Positions 1 through 11,067 of a stretch of 64,000 nucleotides of DNA are shown here, piece by piece. A program made the position numbers and the translations under genes. The first letter of the stretch is position 1; each line of letters begins with the position of its first letter. A model generated the notes under the pieces. That model worked only from the letters and a program-made list of their open reading frames with translations. It was not told the DNA's origin and did no database searches. Source of the stretch: Desulfobacterales bacterium (GTDB lineage Bacteria > Desulfobacterota > Desulfobacteria > Desulfobacterales > UBA2174); contig CAXXWC010000021.1 in assembly GCA_963668645.2 (NCBI GenBank), positions 1,558,114-1,622,113 on the forward strand, read 5' to 3'.

Positions 1-1
1 C

Positions 2-952
2 GATCTGCCCATCGAACGGCGCGAGGCCCTCAACGCCCTGCTCCCGTACCAAAAGGAAGACTTTGCCGGTCTGTTCCGGGTAATGAACGGACTGCCGGTG
101 ATCGTACGGCTCATCGATCCGCCCCTGCACGAGTTTTTACCGAGCCGCAGCGAGCTGCTGCGCGAACTGGCCGATCTCAAGATCCGTATCCAGCACGCAC
201 CCAACCTCAAGCAGATCGACGCCCTGCTCGAACAGGTGCGCCAGAAAGAACAGATTCTCAAACGCGTCGAGAGCCTGCACGAACAAAATCCCATGCTCGG
301 ATTGCGCGGGGTGCGCCTGGGGATTCATATCCCCGAGCTGACCACCATGCAGGTGCATGCCATTTTCGAAGCGGCCTGCGAAGTCACCCTGGAGGGAATC
401 GCGGTCCACCCGGAAATCATGATCCCCCTCACCAGCCATGTGAACGAACTCAAGATCCAGCGCCGGGTGCTCGAAGAAGAGGCCAAACGGGTGATGGAGC
501 AGCAGAAGGTCAAAATCGAATACAAGTTCGGCACGATGATCGAAATTCCGCGGGCGGCGGTCACCGCCGGCCAGATCGCCGAATACGCCGAATTTTTCTC
601 TTTCGGCACCAACGATCTGACCCAGACCACCTACGGGATCTCACGCGACGACGCCGAGGCGGCCTTTCTGATCAAGTACATGGAAGAAGGGATCCTGCCG
701 GGCAACCCCTTCGACACCATCGACCAAGATGGCGTGGGGGCCCTGATGCGCATCGCCGTGGACCAGGGCCGCCGGGTGCGCGACGGGCTCGAATGCGGGA
801 TCTGCGGCGAGCACGGCGGGGATCCGAAGTCCATCGAGTTCTGCCACCAGATCGGCCTGAGCTATGTGTCCTGCTCGCCGTTCCGGGTCCCCATCGCCCG
901 TCTGGCCGCGGCCCATGCCGCGATCCGCGAACAGCTCGCCACGGGCAAATAA
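2..952 (+). CDS. ppdK: Pyruvate phosphate dikinase, C-terminal part (5' truncated by window)
   Basis: [65 protein letters not shown] motifs; frame open from position 2. Confidence 0.95.
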   Translation, partial: DLPIERREALNALLPYQKEDFAGLFRVMNGLPVIVRLIDPPLHEFLPSRSELLRELADLKIRIQHAPNLKQIDALLEQVRQKEQILKRVESLHEQNPMLGLRGVRLGIHIPELTTMQVHAIFEAACEVTLEGIAVHPEIMIPLTSHVNELKIQRRVLEEEAKRVMEQQKVKIEYKFGTMIEIPRAAVTAGQIAEYAEFFSFGTNDLTQTTYGISRDDAEAAFLIKYMEEGILPGNPFDTIDQDGVGALMRIAVDQGRRVRDGLECGICGEHGGDPKSIEFCHQIGLSYVSCSPFRVPIARLAAAHAAIREQLATGK

Positions 953-975
953 GATCAGCGAAGATACCCGGACGC

Positions 976-1014
976 AAAAAAAGAGCCGAGGGGAGTGCGC
1001 TCCCCTCGGCTCTT
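976..1014 (-). terminator. Intrinsic terminator between convergent ppdK and ahcY
   Basis: Perfect 15-bp stem AAGAGCCGAGGGGAG-tgcg-CTCCCCTCGGCTCTT (981-1014) preceded by an A-run (U-tract on minus strand). Confidence 0.85.
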
Positions 1015-1045
1015 GGTGAATAGACCGTCTGAATTGTCGCCAAGA

Positions 1046-2464
1046 TCAGTAGCGGTAATGTTCCGGTTTGTAGGGGCCGTCCGGCGGCACACCGATATAA
1101 TCGGCCTGGGACTGGGTCATGCGCGTCAGCCGGGCCCCCAGATGCGCCAAGTGCAGCCGGGCCACCTCCTCGTCAAGCCGCTTGCCCAGACGGTAGACCC
1201 CCACGGCCCGCTCCCGGTTGCGCCACAGGTCGATCTGGGCCAGGGTCTGGTTGGTGAACGAACTGCTCATCACGAAGCTCGGATGCCCCGTGGCGCAGCC
1301 CAGGTTGACCAGCCTTCCTTCGGCCAGAAGATAGATCGCGTGCCCGTCGGCAAAGGTGAACCGGTGCACCGGGCACTCGGCCCCCTTGATCTGCTCGACC
1401 CGGACCCCGGGCCAGGCCCGCAGTCTGCCCACCTGGATCTCGTTGTCGAAATGGCCGATGTTGCACACGATGGCCTGGTCCTTCATCTTGGCCATGTGCT
1501 CGGCGCGAATCACGTCGCAGTTGCCCGTGGTGGTCACATAGATGTCGGCCAGCGGCAGGGCGTCTTCCACCGTGCAGACCTTGAACCCGGCCATGCAGGC
1601 CTGCAGGGCGCAGATCGGGTCCACTTCGCTGACCAGCACCCGGGCCCGCTCGTTGCGCATGGCCTCGGCGCTGCCCTTGCCCACGTCCCCGTAGCCGCAG
1701 ATCATCACCGTCTTGCCTGAAATGAGCACGTCCATGGCCCGCTTGATCCCGTCGGTGAGCGAGTGGCGGCACCCGTAGATGTTGTCGAACTTGGACTTGG
1801 TCACCGAGTCGTTGACGTTGATGGCCGGCACGAGCAGCTCGCCGCGCTCCATCATCTGGTAGAGCCGGTGCACCCCGGTGGTGGTCTCCTCCGAGACCCC
1901 CTTCCACCCGGCCACGTGGCGCTGCCAGAAGGCGGGATCTTCTTGCTGCAAATCCTTGAGCAGGCCGTTGATGATGGAAAGCTCCGGGTTGTCGGTGGGT
2001 ACATCCAGGATCGCCGGGTCCTTTTCGGCGGAGTAGCCCCGGTGCATCAGCAAGGTGGCGTCCCCGCCGTCGTCCACGATCAGCTGGGGGCCGCTGCCGT
2101 CGGGCCAGGTCATGGCCTTGAGGGTGCACCACCAGTAGTCTTGCAGGGTTTCACCCTTCCAGGCGTAGACCGGAATGTTCCGGGCCGCGATGGCCGCGGC
2201 GGCCTGGTCCTGGGTGGAAAAGATGTTGCATGAGGCCCAGCGTACGCTGGCGCCCAGTTCGACCAGGGTTTCGATGAGCACCGCGGTCTGGATCGTCATG
2301 TGCAAACTGCCCATGACGCGCACCCCGGCCAGGGGTTTTTGCGGTCCGTACTTGGCCCGGGTGGCCATCAGGCCGGGCATTTCCTTTTCGGCAATCTCTA
2401 TCTCCCGGCGGCCGGCCTCGGCCAGGGTGATGTCGGCGACCTTGTAGTCGGGCATGCGGGTCAT
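1046..2464 (-). CDS. ahcY: Adenosylhomocysteinase
   Basis: [84 protein letters not shown] before ATG at 2464. Confidence 0.97.
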   Translation of the reverse strand: MTRMPDYKVADITLAEAGRREIEIAEKEMPGLMATRAKYGPQKPLAGVRVMGSLHMTIQTAVLIETLVELGASVRWASCNIFSTQDQAAAAIAARNIPVYAWKGETLQDYWWCTLKAMTWPDGSGPQLIVDDGGDATLLMHRGYSAEKDPAILDVPTDNPELSIINGLLKDLQQEDPAFWQRHVAGWKGVSEETTTGVHRLYQMMERGELLVPAINVNDSVTKSKFDNIYGCRHSLTDGIKRAMDVLISGKTVMICGYGDVGKGSAEAMRNERARVLVSEVDPICALQACMAGFKVCTVEDALPLADIYVTTTGNCDVIRAEHMAKMKDQAIVCNIGHFDNEIQVGRLRAWPGVRVEQIKGAECPVHRFTFADGHAIYLLAEGRLVNLGCATGHPSFVMSSSFTNQTLAQIDLWRNRERAVGVYRLGKRLDEEVARLHLAHLGARLTRMTQSQADYIGVPPDGPYKPEHYRY

Positions 2465-2557
2465 GGTCTTTGTCCTTGATGGCGGTGGAATCGTCAAATG
2501 TGATGCCCGGCACTGTCGCAAACGCCGGGCATTTAAAGGCTTCAAGTTAGCGAGCCA

Positions 2558-2586
2558 AAACTAAGGAATCCATCCCGGCTTGTCAA
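2558..2586 (-). promoter_or_regulatory. Putative sigma70 promoter of ahcY
   Basis: Minus strand TTGACA (2581-2586)-N17-TAGTTT (2558-2563). Confidence 0.5.
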
Positions 2587-2807
2587 CCTTGCCGCCGCTT
2601 GCCCGGCAAGCCTCTGGGCATCCAACCGGTTGACAGGGCATACAACTGCTTTATTTTAAAAAGATTTTAATAAAACCAAACTGTTTCACAGGCTTGACAG
2701 CGAGATGAATCTTGCCTATAAAACCCGTTTTTCAGCCCTGCGTGAAATCAGGGCAATTGAACGGTATGTGCGGGAGCACGTTCACAACGCTTCGCAAGGA
2801 TGGCAAC

Positions 2808-3743
2808 ATGATCCAGGTCGACAACCTGACCAAGTATTACGGCGCCTTTTGCGCCGTCAACCAGATCAATTTCAACATCACCCGGGGTGAGATTCTCGGG
2901 CTTCTCGGGCCCAACGGCGCCGGCAAGACCACTACCCTGCGCATGCTCACCGGCTTTCTCAAGCCTTCGGCAGGAACCATCCGGGTCGGCGAGATGGACA
3001 TCGCCAGCCACACCCTTGAGGTCAAGCGTTTGATGGGCTACCTGCCTGAATCGGCGCCGCTGTACCAGGATATGCTGGTCTTCGACTACCTGCGTTATGT
3101 GGCCGATGTCAGGGGATTGGGGCCCGCCGCAGGCACCGAACGCATAAAACGCCTGGCCGAATTGTGCCAGATCGGCAGCGTGATGCACCGGCCCATCGGG
3201 ATCCTTTCAAAGGGTTATAAGCAGCGTGTGGGACTGGCCCACGCCATGATGAGCGATCCGGAAATTCTTATTCTGGACGAACCCACCAGCGGCCTGGATC
3301 CCAACCAGATCGTCGAAATCCGGGACATTATCCGGGAAATCGGCCGCCAGAAGACCGTGATCCTCTCTACCCACATCCTGCCCGAGGCCGAGGCCACCTG
3401 CGACCGGATACTGATCATCCACCAGGGGCACATCGCCGCCGATGGCAGCACGGAGCAGATCAAACGCTCGGCGGCCGGCGAATACGTGGTCAACCTGGCC
3501 CTGAGCGACGCGCCGCCCGATGAGGTTCAAAAACGCCTCGGGGCCGTCGCCGGCGTCAGCAGCGTGCAGACCAGCCAGGAAGCCGGCGGCTTGGTGCGGG
3601 CGATGCTGGCCTGCAGCAGCGACACGGACCTGCGCCCGGAGATATATCGGACCGTCAAAGCCACCGACTGGACTCTGATGGAGCTCAGCCAGGAGACCCA
3701 AACCTTGGAGTCCATCTTTCGCAAACTGACCCGGGAGAACTGA
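2808..3743 (+). CDS. ABC-2 type ATP-binding protein (GldA-like)
   Basis: Walker A GPNGAGKT, LSKGYKQR signature, ILDEPTSGLD; AAGGA RBS before ATG 2808. Confidence 0.9.
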   Translation: MIQVDNLTKYYGAFCAVNQINFNITRGEILGLLGPNGAGKTTTLRMLTGFLKPSAGTIRVGEMDIASHTLEVKRLMGYLPESAPLYQDMLVFDYLRYVADVRGLGPAAGTERIKRLAELCQIGSVMHRPIGILSKGYKQRVGLAHAMMSDPEILILDEPTSGLDPNQIVEIRDIIREIGRQKTVILSTHILPEAEATCDRILIIHQGHIAADGSTEQIKRSAAGEYVVNLALSDAPPDEVQKRLGAVAGVSSVQTSQEAGGLVRAMLACSSDTDLRPEIYRTVKATDWTLMELSQETQTLESIFRKLTREN

Positions 3744-3747
3744 AGCG

Positions 3748-4452
3748 ATGCGCCAAGCGTGGTTCATTTTCATTAGAGAGTTCAAGGCATACTTCGTTTC
3801 ACCGGTGGCCTACATCGTCATCAGCCTCTTTTTGCTGGCCACCGGTTGGTTTTTCTTTACCACCTTCTTTATTTTCAACCAGGCGGATCTGCGCAACTTT
3901 TTCGCCATGCTGCCGCAGATCTTCTCCTTTGTGGTACCGGCCATCACCATGCGGTTGCTGGCCGAGGAGCTCAATATCGGATCCTACGAAACCCTGCTCA
4001 CCTTGCCGGTGACCACCGGGCAGGTGATCTTGGGCAAGTTTCTGGCCGCCACGGCCTTCGTGGCCGCCATGCTTGCCCCGACCCTGGCCTACCCGGCCAC
4101 CATCTCCCTGATCGGCCACCTCGATTGGGGGCCGGTGATCGGCGGCTACGCCGGGGCGATGCTCCTCGGGTCAGCCTTTGCCGCCATCGGGCTTTTCGCC
4201 TCTTCGCTGACCCGCAGCCAGATCGTGGCCTTTATCGTCGGTCTGGCCATCTGCTTCGCCTTGAGCCTGGTGGGCCGCATCCTTTTGCTGCTGCCGGAAC
4301 AAATCGTCGGCCTGCTCCAATACATCGGAACCGATTTTCACTTTCAGAACATCGCCAAAGGGGTGGTGGACACCCGTGACCTGATCTATTTTGCCAGCCT
4401 GGTGTTCATCGGGCTCTATGCCACCCACCTGAGCATTCACGAGAAGAAATAG
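3748..4452 (+). CDS. ABC-2 permease (GldF-like)
   Basis: REFKAYFVSPVAY, PAITMRLLAEE...G.YETLLTLP, LGKFLA, GVVDTRDLIYF; six hydrophobic segments. Confidence 0.9.
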   Translation: MRQAWFIFIREFKAYFVSPVAYIVISLFLLATGWFFFTTFFIFNQADLRNFFAMLPQIFSFVVPAITMRLLAEELNIGSYETLLTLPVTTGQVILGKFLAATAFVAAMLAPTLAYPATISLIGHLDWGPVIGGYAGAMLLGSAFAAIGLFASSLTRSQIVAFIVGLAICFALSLVGRILLLLPEQIVGLLQYIGTDFHFQNIAKGVVDTRDLIYFASLVFIGLYATHLSIHEKK

Positions 4453-4462
4453 GGAGCCTTCG

Positions 4463-6634
4463 ATGTCCCGCTGGAACGGTGCAACCTACTTTAAATTCTT
4501 CGTCTACCTGATCGTCGTGGTCTTGATAAACCTCGCCGGGCTGACCCTCTTCGCCCGCTTCGATCTGACCCGCAACCGGCTCTTCAGCCTCTCTGACGCC
4601 AGCCGCCATGTGGTCGGGGCATTGAGCGAACCGCTGACCATCAATGTCTTTTTCACCCGCAATCTGCCGGCACCACACAACGGCACCGAGCGCTACCTGC
4701 ATGACCTGCTGGCCGAGTATGCCCGCCATGCCGGGCGGTACTTCAACTACCGCTTTTACGACGTGAGCCCCGACGAGGGTGATACTACGGCTCTGGCCGA
4801 GGAAAACCGCCGCCTGGCCCGCAACTACGGGATCCAACCGGTGCAAATCCAGGCCATCGACAAAGACGAGGTCAAGTTCCAGAAGGCCTACATGGGGATG
4901 GTCTTGATCCACGGCGACGTCATCGAACGGCTGCAGGCCATCACCACCACCGATGGACTCGAGTACCGCATTACCACCGCCATCCAGAAGATGACCCGCA
5001 AGATCAGCGCCCTGCTGGCCATCGAGGACAAGATCCAGGTCCAGCTCTACCTGTCGTCCAGCCTCGGCACGGTAGCCCCCCTGATGGGGCTGAATGGATT
5101 GACCGACTTGCCCCGGACTCTCGAAGAGGTCGTCAAGCGGGTCAATAGCCGGCACTACCAGAAACTGGCCTTCGAACGCATCGATCCACCTGCCGGAAAG
5201 GACATGGCTGCCCTGGGCCGGGAGCTGGACATCCTCACCTTGAAATGGCCGGCCGTGCCCAAACACCAGATCGACCCCGGCACCGGCAGCGTCGGCCTGG
5301 TGCTGCGCCACGCCGGCAAGCATATCAGCCTGCCGGTGGTTCAGGTGATCCAGATGCCGATTTTCGGCACCCAATACCAGATGACCCCGGAGGCCGGTCT
5401 GGAGTCCATGCTGGAAGACGGCATCGAAGCCCTGCTGGATATCAACGAGGATATCGGGGTGTTGGCCGGACACGGCACTTTGAACCTGAGCGGTCCGCCG
5501 TCCCGGGGCCCCATGGGACAGATCCAGGAAGAGCCCTTGGAGATCTTCCGTGGCCTGCTGACCCAGAACTACACCATCAAGCCGGTGGACGCGGCCGAAA
5601 CGCCCATCGGGCCGGGGGTCAAGAGCCTGCTGATCCTGCGGCCCAGCCAGCCTCTCAGTGACTGGGCCCTTTACCAGATCAATCAGTTTCTCATGCGCGG
5701 AGGCGATCTTTTCGTGGTCATGGATCCGTTCAAGGAGCAGGCCCTGCCCGGCCGCCCGCCGATCTACCAGCCGGTGCAAAGCGGTCTGGAAAAGCTTTTG
5801 AACCACTGGGGGGTAAAGATCAAGCCGGCCTACGTGATGGATAAAAAGGCCTACCATCAACGGATGCCCCAGGAAATGGGGGGAGGCGAACAGACCCTCT
5901 ATTTCGCCCCCTTGATCGAAAATCAGAATATCAACAACCATCTTCCCTTGATGCACAACATCCGCGGCCTGGTGGCCCTGCGCATCGCGCCGCTGGAACT
6001 GGACAGTGAACGGCTGAAGGCCACCGGGGTGACCGGAGAAGTCCTCTTCAGCTCATCGAAACACTCCTGGTTGATGCAAGAACCAATCAACCTCAATCCC
6101 ATGTTCGCCAACGCCCCACCCGAAACCGAGATGGGCGGCCCCTATCCCCTGGCCCTGCTTCTGGAAGGGGCTTTCCCGAGTTACTTCGAGGGCAAACCGA
6201 TTCCGGTCAAGAAAAAAGCCGAAGATGCGGCAGAAAATCCGAAAACCGCACCCGACACGGCGGAAAAGGGACCGGAACTGGCCGGCACCCCGGAAACGGG
6301 CGTCTTCATGGCCAAGGGACGCCCGGCGCGCATCTTCGTGATGGCCAGCGGCGAGATGCTTACCGACAAGATTCTCGATTCCGAAGGGCGCACCCCCAAC
6401 AGTATTTTTATCCTTAATGCCGTCGACTATCTCAACCACCGCGAGGAACTGGCCCGCATGCGCAGCAAGGAGCAGCGTTTCAACCCCCTCGACCCGGTAA
6501 AGCCGGAAGCCAAGGCCCTGATCAAGGCGGTGCATATCCTGGGCCTGCCGCTGATGGTGATCGGTTTGGGGCTGCTGGTCTGGCTGGGCCGTGTCCGGCG
6601 GCAACGGCGCATCCAGAAGATGTTCGCGCAATGA
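4463..6634 (+). CDS. GldG-family ABC auxiliary component
   Basis: N-terminal TM, RFDLTRNRLFSLS, LEYRITTAI, GHG motif, INQFLMRGG, NAVDYL, C-terminal TM. Confidence 0.85.
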   Translation: MSRWNGATYFKFFVYLIVVVLINLAGLTLFARFDLTRNRLFSLSDASRHVVGALSEPLTINVFFTRNLPAPHNGTERYLHDLLAEYARHAGRYFNYRFYDVSPDEGDTTALAEENRRLARNYGIQPVQIQAIDKDEVKFQKAYMGMVLIHGDVIERLQAITTTDGLEYRITTAIQKMTRKISALLAIEDKIQVQLYLSSSLGTVAPLMGLNGLTDLPRTLEEVVKRVNSRHYQKLAFERIDPPAGKDMAALGRELDILTLKWPAVPKHQIDPGTGSVGLVLRHAGKHISLPVVQVIQMPIFGTQYQMTPEAGLESMLEDGIEALLDINEDIGVLAGHGTLNLSGPPSRGPMGQIQEEPLEIFRGLLTQNYTIKPVDAAETPIGPGVKSLLILRPSQPLSDWALYQINQFLMRGGDLFVVMDPFKEQALPGRPPIYQPVQSGLEKLLNHWGVKIKPAYVMDKKAYHQRMPQEMGGGEQTLYFAPLIENQNINNHLPLMHNIRGLVALRIAPLELDSERLKATGVTGEVLFSSSKHSWLMQEPINLNPMFANAPPETEMGGPYPLALLLEGAFPSYFEGKPIPVKKKAEDAAENPKTAPDTAEKGPELAGTPETGVFMAKGRPARIFVMASGEMLTDKILDSEGRTPNSIFILNAVDYLNHREELARMRSKEQRFNPLDPVKPEAKALIKAVHILGLPLMVIGLGLLVWLGRVRRQRRIQKMFAQ

Positions 6635-7686
6635 GGCTCGGCATGGAGACCAAAGTGAAAAAAGAGTATCTCGTCCTGGCACTACTCATCGTTGCGTTGT
6701 CCGGATACCTGTTCTGGCAGCGCCAGGAGCGCACCGCCTACAAGTTGCCGGCACTGCCGGCAGTGGAACGCGACGCCATTACCCGCATCGAGATCGACCG
6801 CCCAGGACACCCCCAGGTCCACCTGAAGAGCGTCAACGGATCATGGCATGTCGGGGCCGAAGAATATGCCGCCGACGGCGACAAGATCAAAGGGATGCTC
6901 GACATCATCTCCTCCTTGCAGCTCACCGCGCTGGTCTCCGAGACGCGCAGCTACGACCGCTACGAACTGGACGAGGCCCATCGCATCCGGGTACGGGCCT
7001 GGGCCGGCGACAACCTCAAGCGGGATATGGCCATCGGCAAATCGGCCCCCACCTACCGGCACACCTTCGTGAGAGTGGGCGAAGATCCCAGCGTCTACCA
7101 TGCCCGGGAAGATTTCCGCGGACGCTTTGACCGCGACCTGGACCAGATGCGCGACAAAAGCGTGATGGCTTTTAAGCGCGATACGATCCGGTCCTTGACG
7201 CTCCAGGCCGGCAGCGGCGAACCGGTGCGCTTTACCCGCCAGGGGCCGGCCGAATCCGCATCGGACAAGGATGCCAAGGAGGCCAAAGCGCCAGCGCCGC
7301 CCTGGCTGGACGCCAAGGGCCAGCCGGCCGACAGTGCCACCATCGACCAGGTACTGGGCAGCCTGGCGACCTTGGAATGTGCCGCCTATCTCTACGACAA
7401 GACCAAGACCGACCTGGAAGGCAAAGATCCGCAATACATCCTGACCCTGGAAGGCGAAAAAAGCCTGCGCCTGGTCCTTTTCGCCCCCGAGGGTTCAGGT
7501 GAAGCCGAAAAACAGCGTGCCGCCATCTCATCGGAAAACGACTACCCCTTTCTGCTCTCGGCGTTTTTGAGCAAGGAACTCGCCGAGCAGATCGACAAGC
7601 TGACCGGCACGACCCCTTCCGGCGGCGCCGGCCAGGGGAAACCCGCAGAGGGGGAGGACCAGAATCGCGAAAGTCCGAAATCGTGA
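6631..7686 (+). CDS. DUF4340-like membrane-anchored periplasmic protein
   Basis: N-terminal anchor, repeated beta-rich domains, RDKSV motif, usual position after gldG-like genes. Confidence 0.7.
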   Translation: MRLGMETKVKKEYLVLALLIVALSGYLFWQRQERTAYKLPALPAVERDAITRIEIDRPGHPQVHLKSVNGSWHVGAEEYAADGDKIKGMLDIISSLQLTALVSETRSYDRYELDEAHRIRVRAWAGDNLKRDMAIGKSAPTYRHTFVRVGEDPSVYHAREDFRGRFDRDLDQMRDKSVMAFKRDTIRSLTLQAGSGEPVRFTRQGPAESASDKDAKEAKAPAPPWLDAKGQPADSATIDQVLGSLATLECAAYLYDKTKTDLEGKDPQYILTLEGEKSLRLVLFAPEGSGEAEKQRAAISSENDYPFLLSAFLSKELAEQIDKLTGTTPSGGAGQGKPAEGEDQNRESPKS

Positions 7687-7708
7687 CCGGTCCTTTACGA
7701 AGGGTGCG

Positions 7709-8713
7709 TTGATGCCATCACAAGAATGGAGTCCGGGCCGCCTGCTCCAGGTTTCCGGAGCTTACTGGCAAACCTGCGCCCTGCATGCCGCCGTAAAGCT
7801 CGGGGTGTTCACCGCCCTTGGACGAGACCGGCTCGACGCGGCCCAGGCGACTGAACGGCTCGGCACCCAGGAGCGGGCCACCGCCATGCTCCTCAACGCC
7901 CTGGCGGCCATGGGGCTGCTGGAAAAGGCCCGGGGGCTGTACGCCAACACCGAGGCCGCCAAACGCTTCCTGGTGCGCGACACACCCGGCTATGTGGGCC
8001 ATATGATCCTGCACCACCACCATCTGGCGCCATCCTGGGTCCAACTGGACCGGGCAGTGCGCGACGGCTCTGCGGTGCGCGAGAGGGCCTCTTCCGGTTC
8101 CGGCAAGCCGGAAATGCGTGAAGCCTTTTTGATGGGCATGTTCAACAACGCCATGCTCCAAGCCCCGGACGTGGCGGCTGCGGTCGATCTTGCCGGCCGC
8201 CGGCACCTGCTCGACCTCGGCGGCGGCCCGGGCACCTACGCCATCCATTTCTGCCAGGCCAATCCGGCACTGAAGGCCACGGTCTTCGATCTTCCCACCA
8301 CCGGCTTTTTTGCCGAAAGAACCGTTGCCCGCTTCGATCTGAGCCAGCGGATCACCTTCGCCGGCGGCGACTTTCACAGTGATCGGCTGCCGCAAGGATT
8401 CGATGCCGCCTGGCTTTCACACGTACTCCACGGCGAAGCCCCCGAGGCCGCGGCCGCCATCGTGCGCAAGGCCGCCAAAGCCCTGGAACCGGGCGGGCTG
8501 CTGATGATTCATGAATTCATCTTGGACGACACAGCCGACGGCCCCCTGTTTGCCACCCTTTTCTCCCTCAACATGCTCCTGAACACCCAGGGCGGTCAAA
8601 GCTACACCGACGGCGAAATCCGGCAGATGCTGGCTGCGGCCGGAGGCCGGCAGATCCGGCGTCTCGGTTTTCGCGGTCCCACCGATTCGGGGATCATTTG
8701 CGCCACAGTCTAA
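7709..8713 (+). CDS. SAM-dependent O-methyltransferase (dimerisation + Methyltransf_2 domains)
   Basis: LHAAVKLGVF, LLDLGGGPG, VFDLP, GGDF, LSHVLH motifs. Confidence 0.88.
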   Translation: MMPSQEWSPGRLLQVSGAYWQTCALHAAVKLGVFTALGRDRLDAAQATERLGTQERATAMLLNALAAMGLLEKARGLYANTEAAKRFLVRDTPGYVGHMILHHHHLAPSWVQLDRAVRDGSAVRERASSGSGKPEMREAFLMGMFNNAMLQAPDVAAAVDLAGRRHLLDLGGGPGTYAIHFCQANPALKATVFDLPTTGFFAERTVARFDLSQRITFAGGDFHSDRLPQGFDAAWLSHVLHGEAPEAAAAIVRKAAKALEPGGLLMIHEFILDDTADGPLFATLFSLNMLLNTQGGQSYTDGEIRQMLAAAGGRQIRRLGFRGPTDSGIICATV

Positions 8714-9852
8714 ACGCGTCTCACCCCGGCCCCCCCGCCCTGATCCGCCGGAACCTGGACCTGTGGTACCGGACCCATCGGCGCGACCTGCCGTGGCGGC
8801 GCACTACGGATCCTTACGCCATCTGGGTTTCGGAGGTCATGCTGCAGCAGACCCAGGTGGCCACGGTGATCCCCTATTATGAGCGCTGGCTGGCTCGATT
8901 TGAAAGCATCGGCCATCTGGCGGCCGCAGACCTGCAAACGGTTCTCAAATCATGGGAAGGACTGGGCTACTATGCCCGGGCGCGCAACTTTCACCGGGCC
9001 GCACAAATTGTGGCCCAACGCTACGAGGGCCGCATTCCCGAAGATGTGGCCGCTTTCCGGGCCCTGCCCGGGGTGGGAGACTACATCGCGGCGGCGGTGT
9101 TGAGCATCGCCTTCCACCACCCCCTGGCGGTTGTGGACGGCAATGTCAAAAGGGTCCTGGCCCGTTTTCTAAAGCTCGAAACGCCAGCAAACGCGCCAAG
9201 GGCCCACAGGATGTTCGCCCCCCTGGCGGCGCAATGGCTCGATCCGCTACGTCCCGGACGGTCCAATCAGGCCGTGATGGAACTCGGGGCCCTGGTCTGC
9301 ACGCCACGCCGGCCCCGGTGCGGCGGCTGTCCTTTGGCGTTCGGTTGCCTCTCGCTGGCAGATGGCTGCCAGGCAGAATATCCGCGCCGGCTGGCAAAAA
9401 AGCCGGCCCCCGAGCATCGCTTGGCCACGGCCGTTATTTTCAAAAATGGCCGGTTGCTCATCGTTCAACGCCCTCTGGATGGGTTGCTGGGCGGGCTGTG
9501 GGAATTTCCCGCGGTGCGCCTTGCCGCCGGTCTGACACCCGAGGCCGCCTGCACCGCGTTGATCTGTGAGATGCTGAACATCCAGGTCCGGATCGAGGAT
9601 CATCTCGGGCGCATCCGCCACGCCTACACCCATTTCAGGATCGTGGCCGAGGTGCTGCGCTGCGCATGGCAAGCCGGCCGGGTCCGGCGCCGCGGGCCGG
9701 CGGATCATCGCTGGGTGAAGCCCGGCCAGCTTGCCGGGTATCCACTGACCGGAGCGGCCCGCAAGGTGCAAGAGCGTGTTTTCGCCTCGTGTGACAATGA
9801 CCCGGCCCGCGCCTTGGTGCCCCTCAAGGTTGAATTGGATCCCCGCGGCTGA
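8698..9852 (+). CDS. mutY: A/G-specific adenine glycosylase (start codon uncertain)
   Basis: RRDLPWR, WVSEVMLQQTQV, WEGLGYYARARN, HhH LPGVGDY, VDGNVKRV, Fe-S motif C-x6-C-x2-C-x5-C, NUDIX-like GLWEFP domain. Confidence 0.93.
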   Translation: MRHSLNASHPGPPALIRRNLDLWYRTHRRDLPWRRTTDPYAIWVSEVMLQQTQVATVIPYYERWLARFESIGHLAAADLQTVLKSWEGLGYYARARNFHRAAQIVAQRYEGRIPEDVAAFRALPGVGDYIAAAVLSIAFHHPLAVVDGNVKRVLARFLKLETPANAPRAHRMFAPLAAQWLDPLRPGRSNQAVMELGALVCTPRRPRCGGCPLAFGCLSLADGCQAEYPRRLAKKPAPEHRLATAVIFKNGRLLIVQRPLDGLLGGLWEFPAVRLAAGLTPEAACTALICEMLNIQVRIEDHLGRIRHAYTHFRIVAEVLRCAWQAGRVRRRGPADHRWVKPGQLAGYPLTGAARKVQERVFASCDNDPARALVPLKVELDPRG

Positions 9853-9870
9853 TCAATGGCCGCACTTTAT

Positions 9871-10752
9871 TCATTTCCCGCCATGATACCGGATCAGCCC
9901 CTCCTGGGCCACGACGGCCACCAGGGCGCCGTCGCGGCTGTAGATCCGGCCGAAAACCAGTCCCCGGGCCTGGGCGGCGCGAGGGCTTTCCATGCAGTAG
10001 AGCAGCCAATCGTCCATACGGAAATCCCGGTAGAACCACAGGGCGTGGTCGAGGCTGGCGACTTGCATCTCGCGATCCCAGAATCCGTGGCCGTGGGGGT
10101 AGAGAGAAGTAATCACCAGGCCGAAATCTGAGGCGTAAGCCAGCATGTACTGGTGGACGGCCGGATCGTCGGGCAGCCGTCCGACAGCCCTGAACCAGAT
10201 ATTTCTGACCGGTGGCTGTTTTTGCGGGGCGAAGGGATCCATGGGGTTGACCGGCCTGAACTCGATGGGCTTGCGGCACAGCAAGCGGGAGCGGATCGGC
10301 TCCGAAATGCGATCGACCACCGTCATCAGAAGCTCTCGCTCGGAGGCGATCCCCTCGGGGCCGGGGACCTCTGGCAGGTCGTCCTGGTGCTCGAAGCCAC
10401 TTTCCGATTTCTGGAACGAGACCGACAGGTTGAAGGCCGCCCGGCCCTTTTGGATCGCCACCACGCGGCGGGTGGTGAAGCTACTGCCGTCGCGGATGCA
10501 GTCCACGTTGTAAACGAAGGGCCGGGTCGGGTCGCCGGGCCGGAGGAAATAGCCGTGCAGACTGTGGACCCGGCGTTCGGGCGGCACGGTCTGGGAAGCC
10601 GCCGACAGGGCCTGGCCAAGCACCTGGCCTCCGAACACCGCCCCAAATCCCAGATCCTGGCTCTGGCCGCGGAATATGTTCTCCTCGATCTTTTCCAGCT
10701 TAAGCAGTTCCAGCAGTTCCTGAAGGACGTTTTCTTGTGCACATTCTTTCAT
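9871..10752 (-). CDS. tesB: Acyl-CoA thioesterase II
   Basis: VFGGQVLGQAL, HSLHGYFLRPG, RDGSSFTTRRV, LAYASD, ASLDHALWF, QEGLIR. Confidence 0.95.
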   Translation of the reverse strand: MKECAQENVLQELLELLKLEKIEENIFRGQSQDLGFGAVFGGQVLGQALSAASQTVPPERRVHSLHGYFLRPGDPTRPFVYNVDCIRDGSSFTTRRVVAIQKGRAAFNLSVSFQKSESGFEHQDDLPEVPGPEGIASERELLMTVVDRISEPIRSRLLCRKPIEFRPVNPMDPFAPQKQPPVRNIWFRAVGRLPDDPAVHQYMLAYASDFGLVITSLYPHGHGFWDREMQVASLDHALWFYRDFRMDDWLLYCMESPRAAQARGLVFGRIYSRDGALVAVVAQEGLIRYHGGK

Positions 10753-11067
10753 CGTCGATTCTTTCCTTTGGAGTCATCCCAGCCGCTCCCGGACGGGGCG
10801 GTCTTAATGCAAACTTAGAAAAACGCGAACAGCATCTTAACGGCTCTCGGCCGCTTCCCCTCCTGCCATACCTGACCCGCTGGAAAAACCGGCATCTCCG
10901 GCATTCCGAACATACACCACGCAAACCGGGTTCGCGATAGCGACGATCTGAAAACCATGAGCAGGTTTCTATCCCGATTTCCCGCCAAGTTCAACCCACA
11001 GGCCGACGCACCGGCAGCTGTAAAAGGGGTTGACTCGCAGCGCCGGTTGGCTGCATATTTGCCGCCA

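Noticed and set aside
2465..2557. SAH or SAM riboswitch upstream of ahcY
   Set aside because: Only a simple hairpin (ATGCCCGGC...GCCGGGCAT); no SAH or SAM aptamer consensus recognised
4406..5956. Long antisense ORFs (also 21333-22559, 30599-32329, 37866-39455, 47440-48738, 52984-54276)
   Set aside because: Shadows of well-supported genes on the opposite strand, expected in high-GC DNA; no motifs
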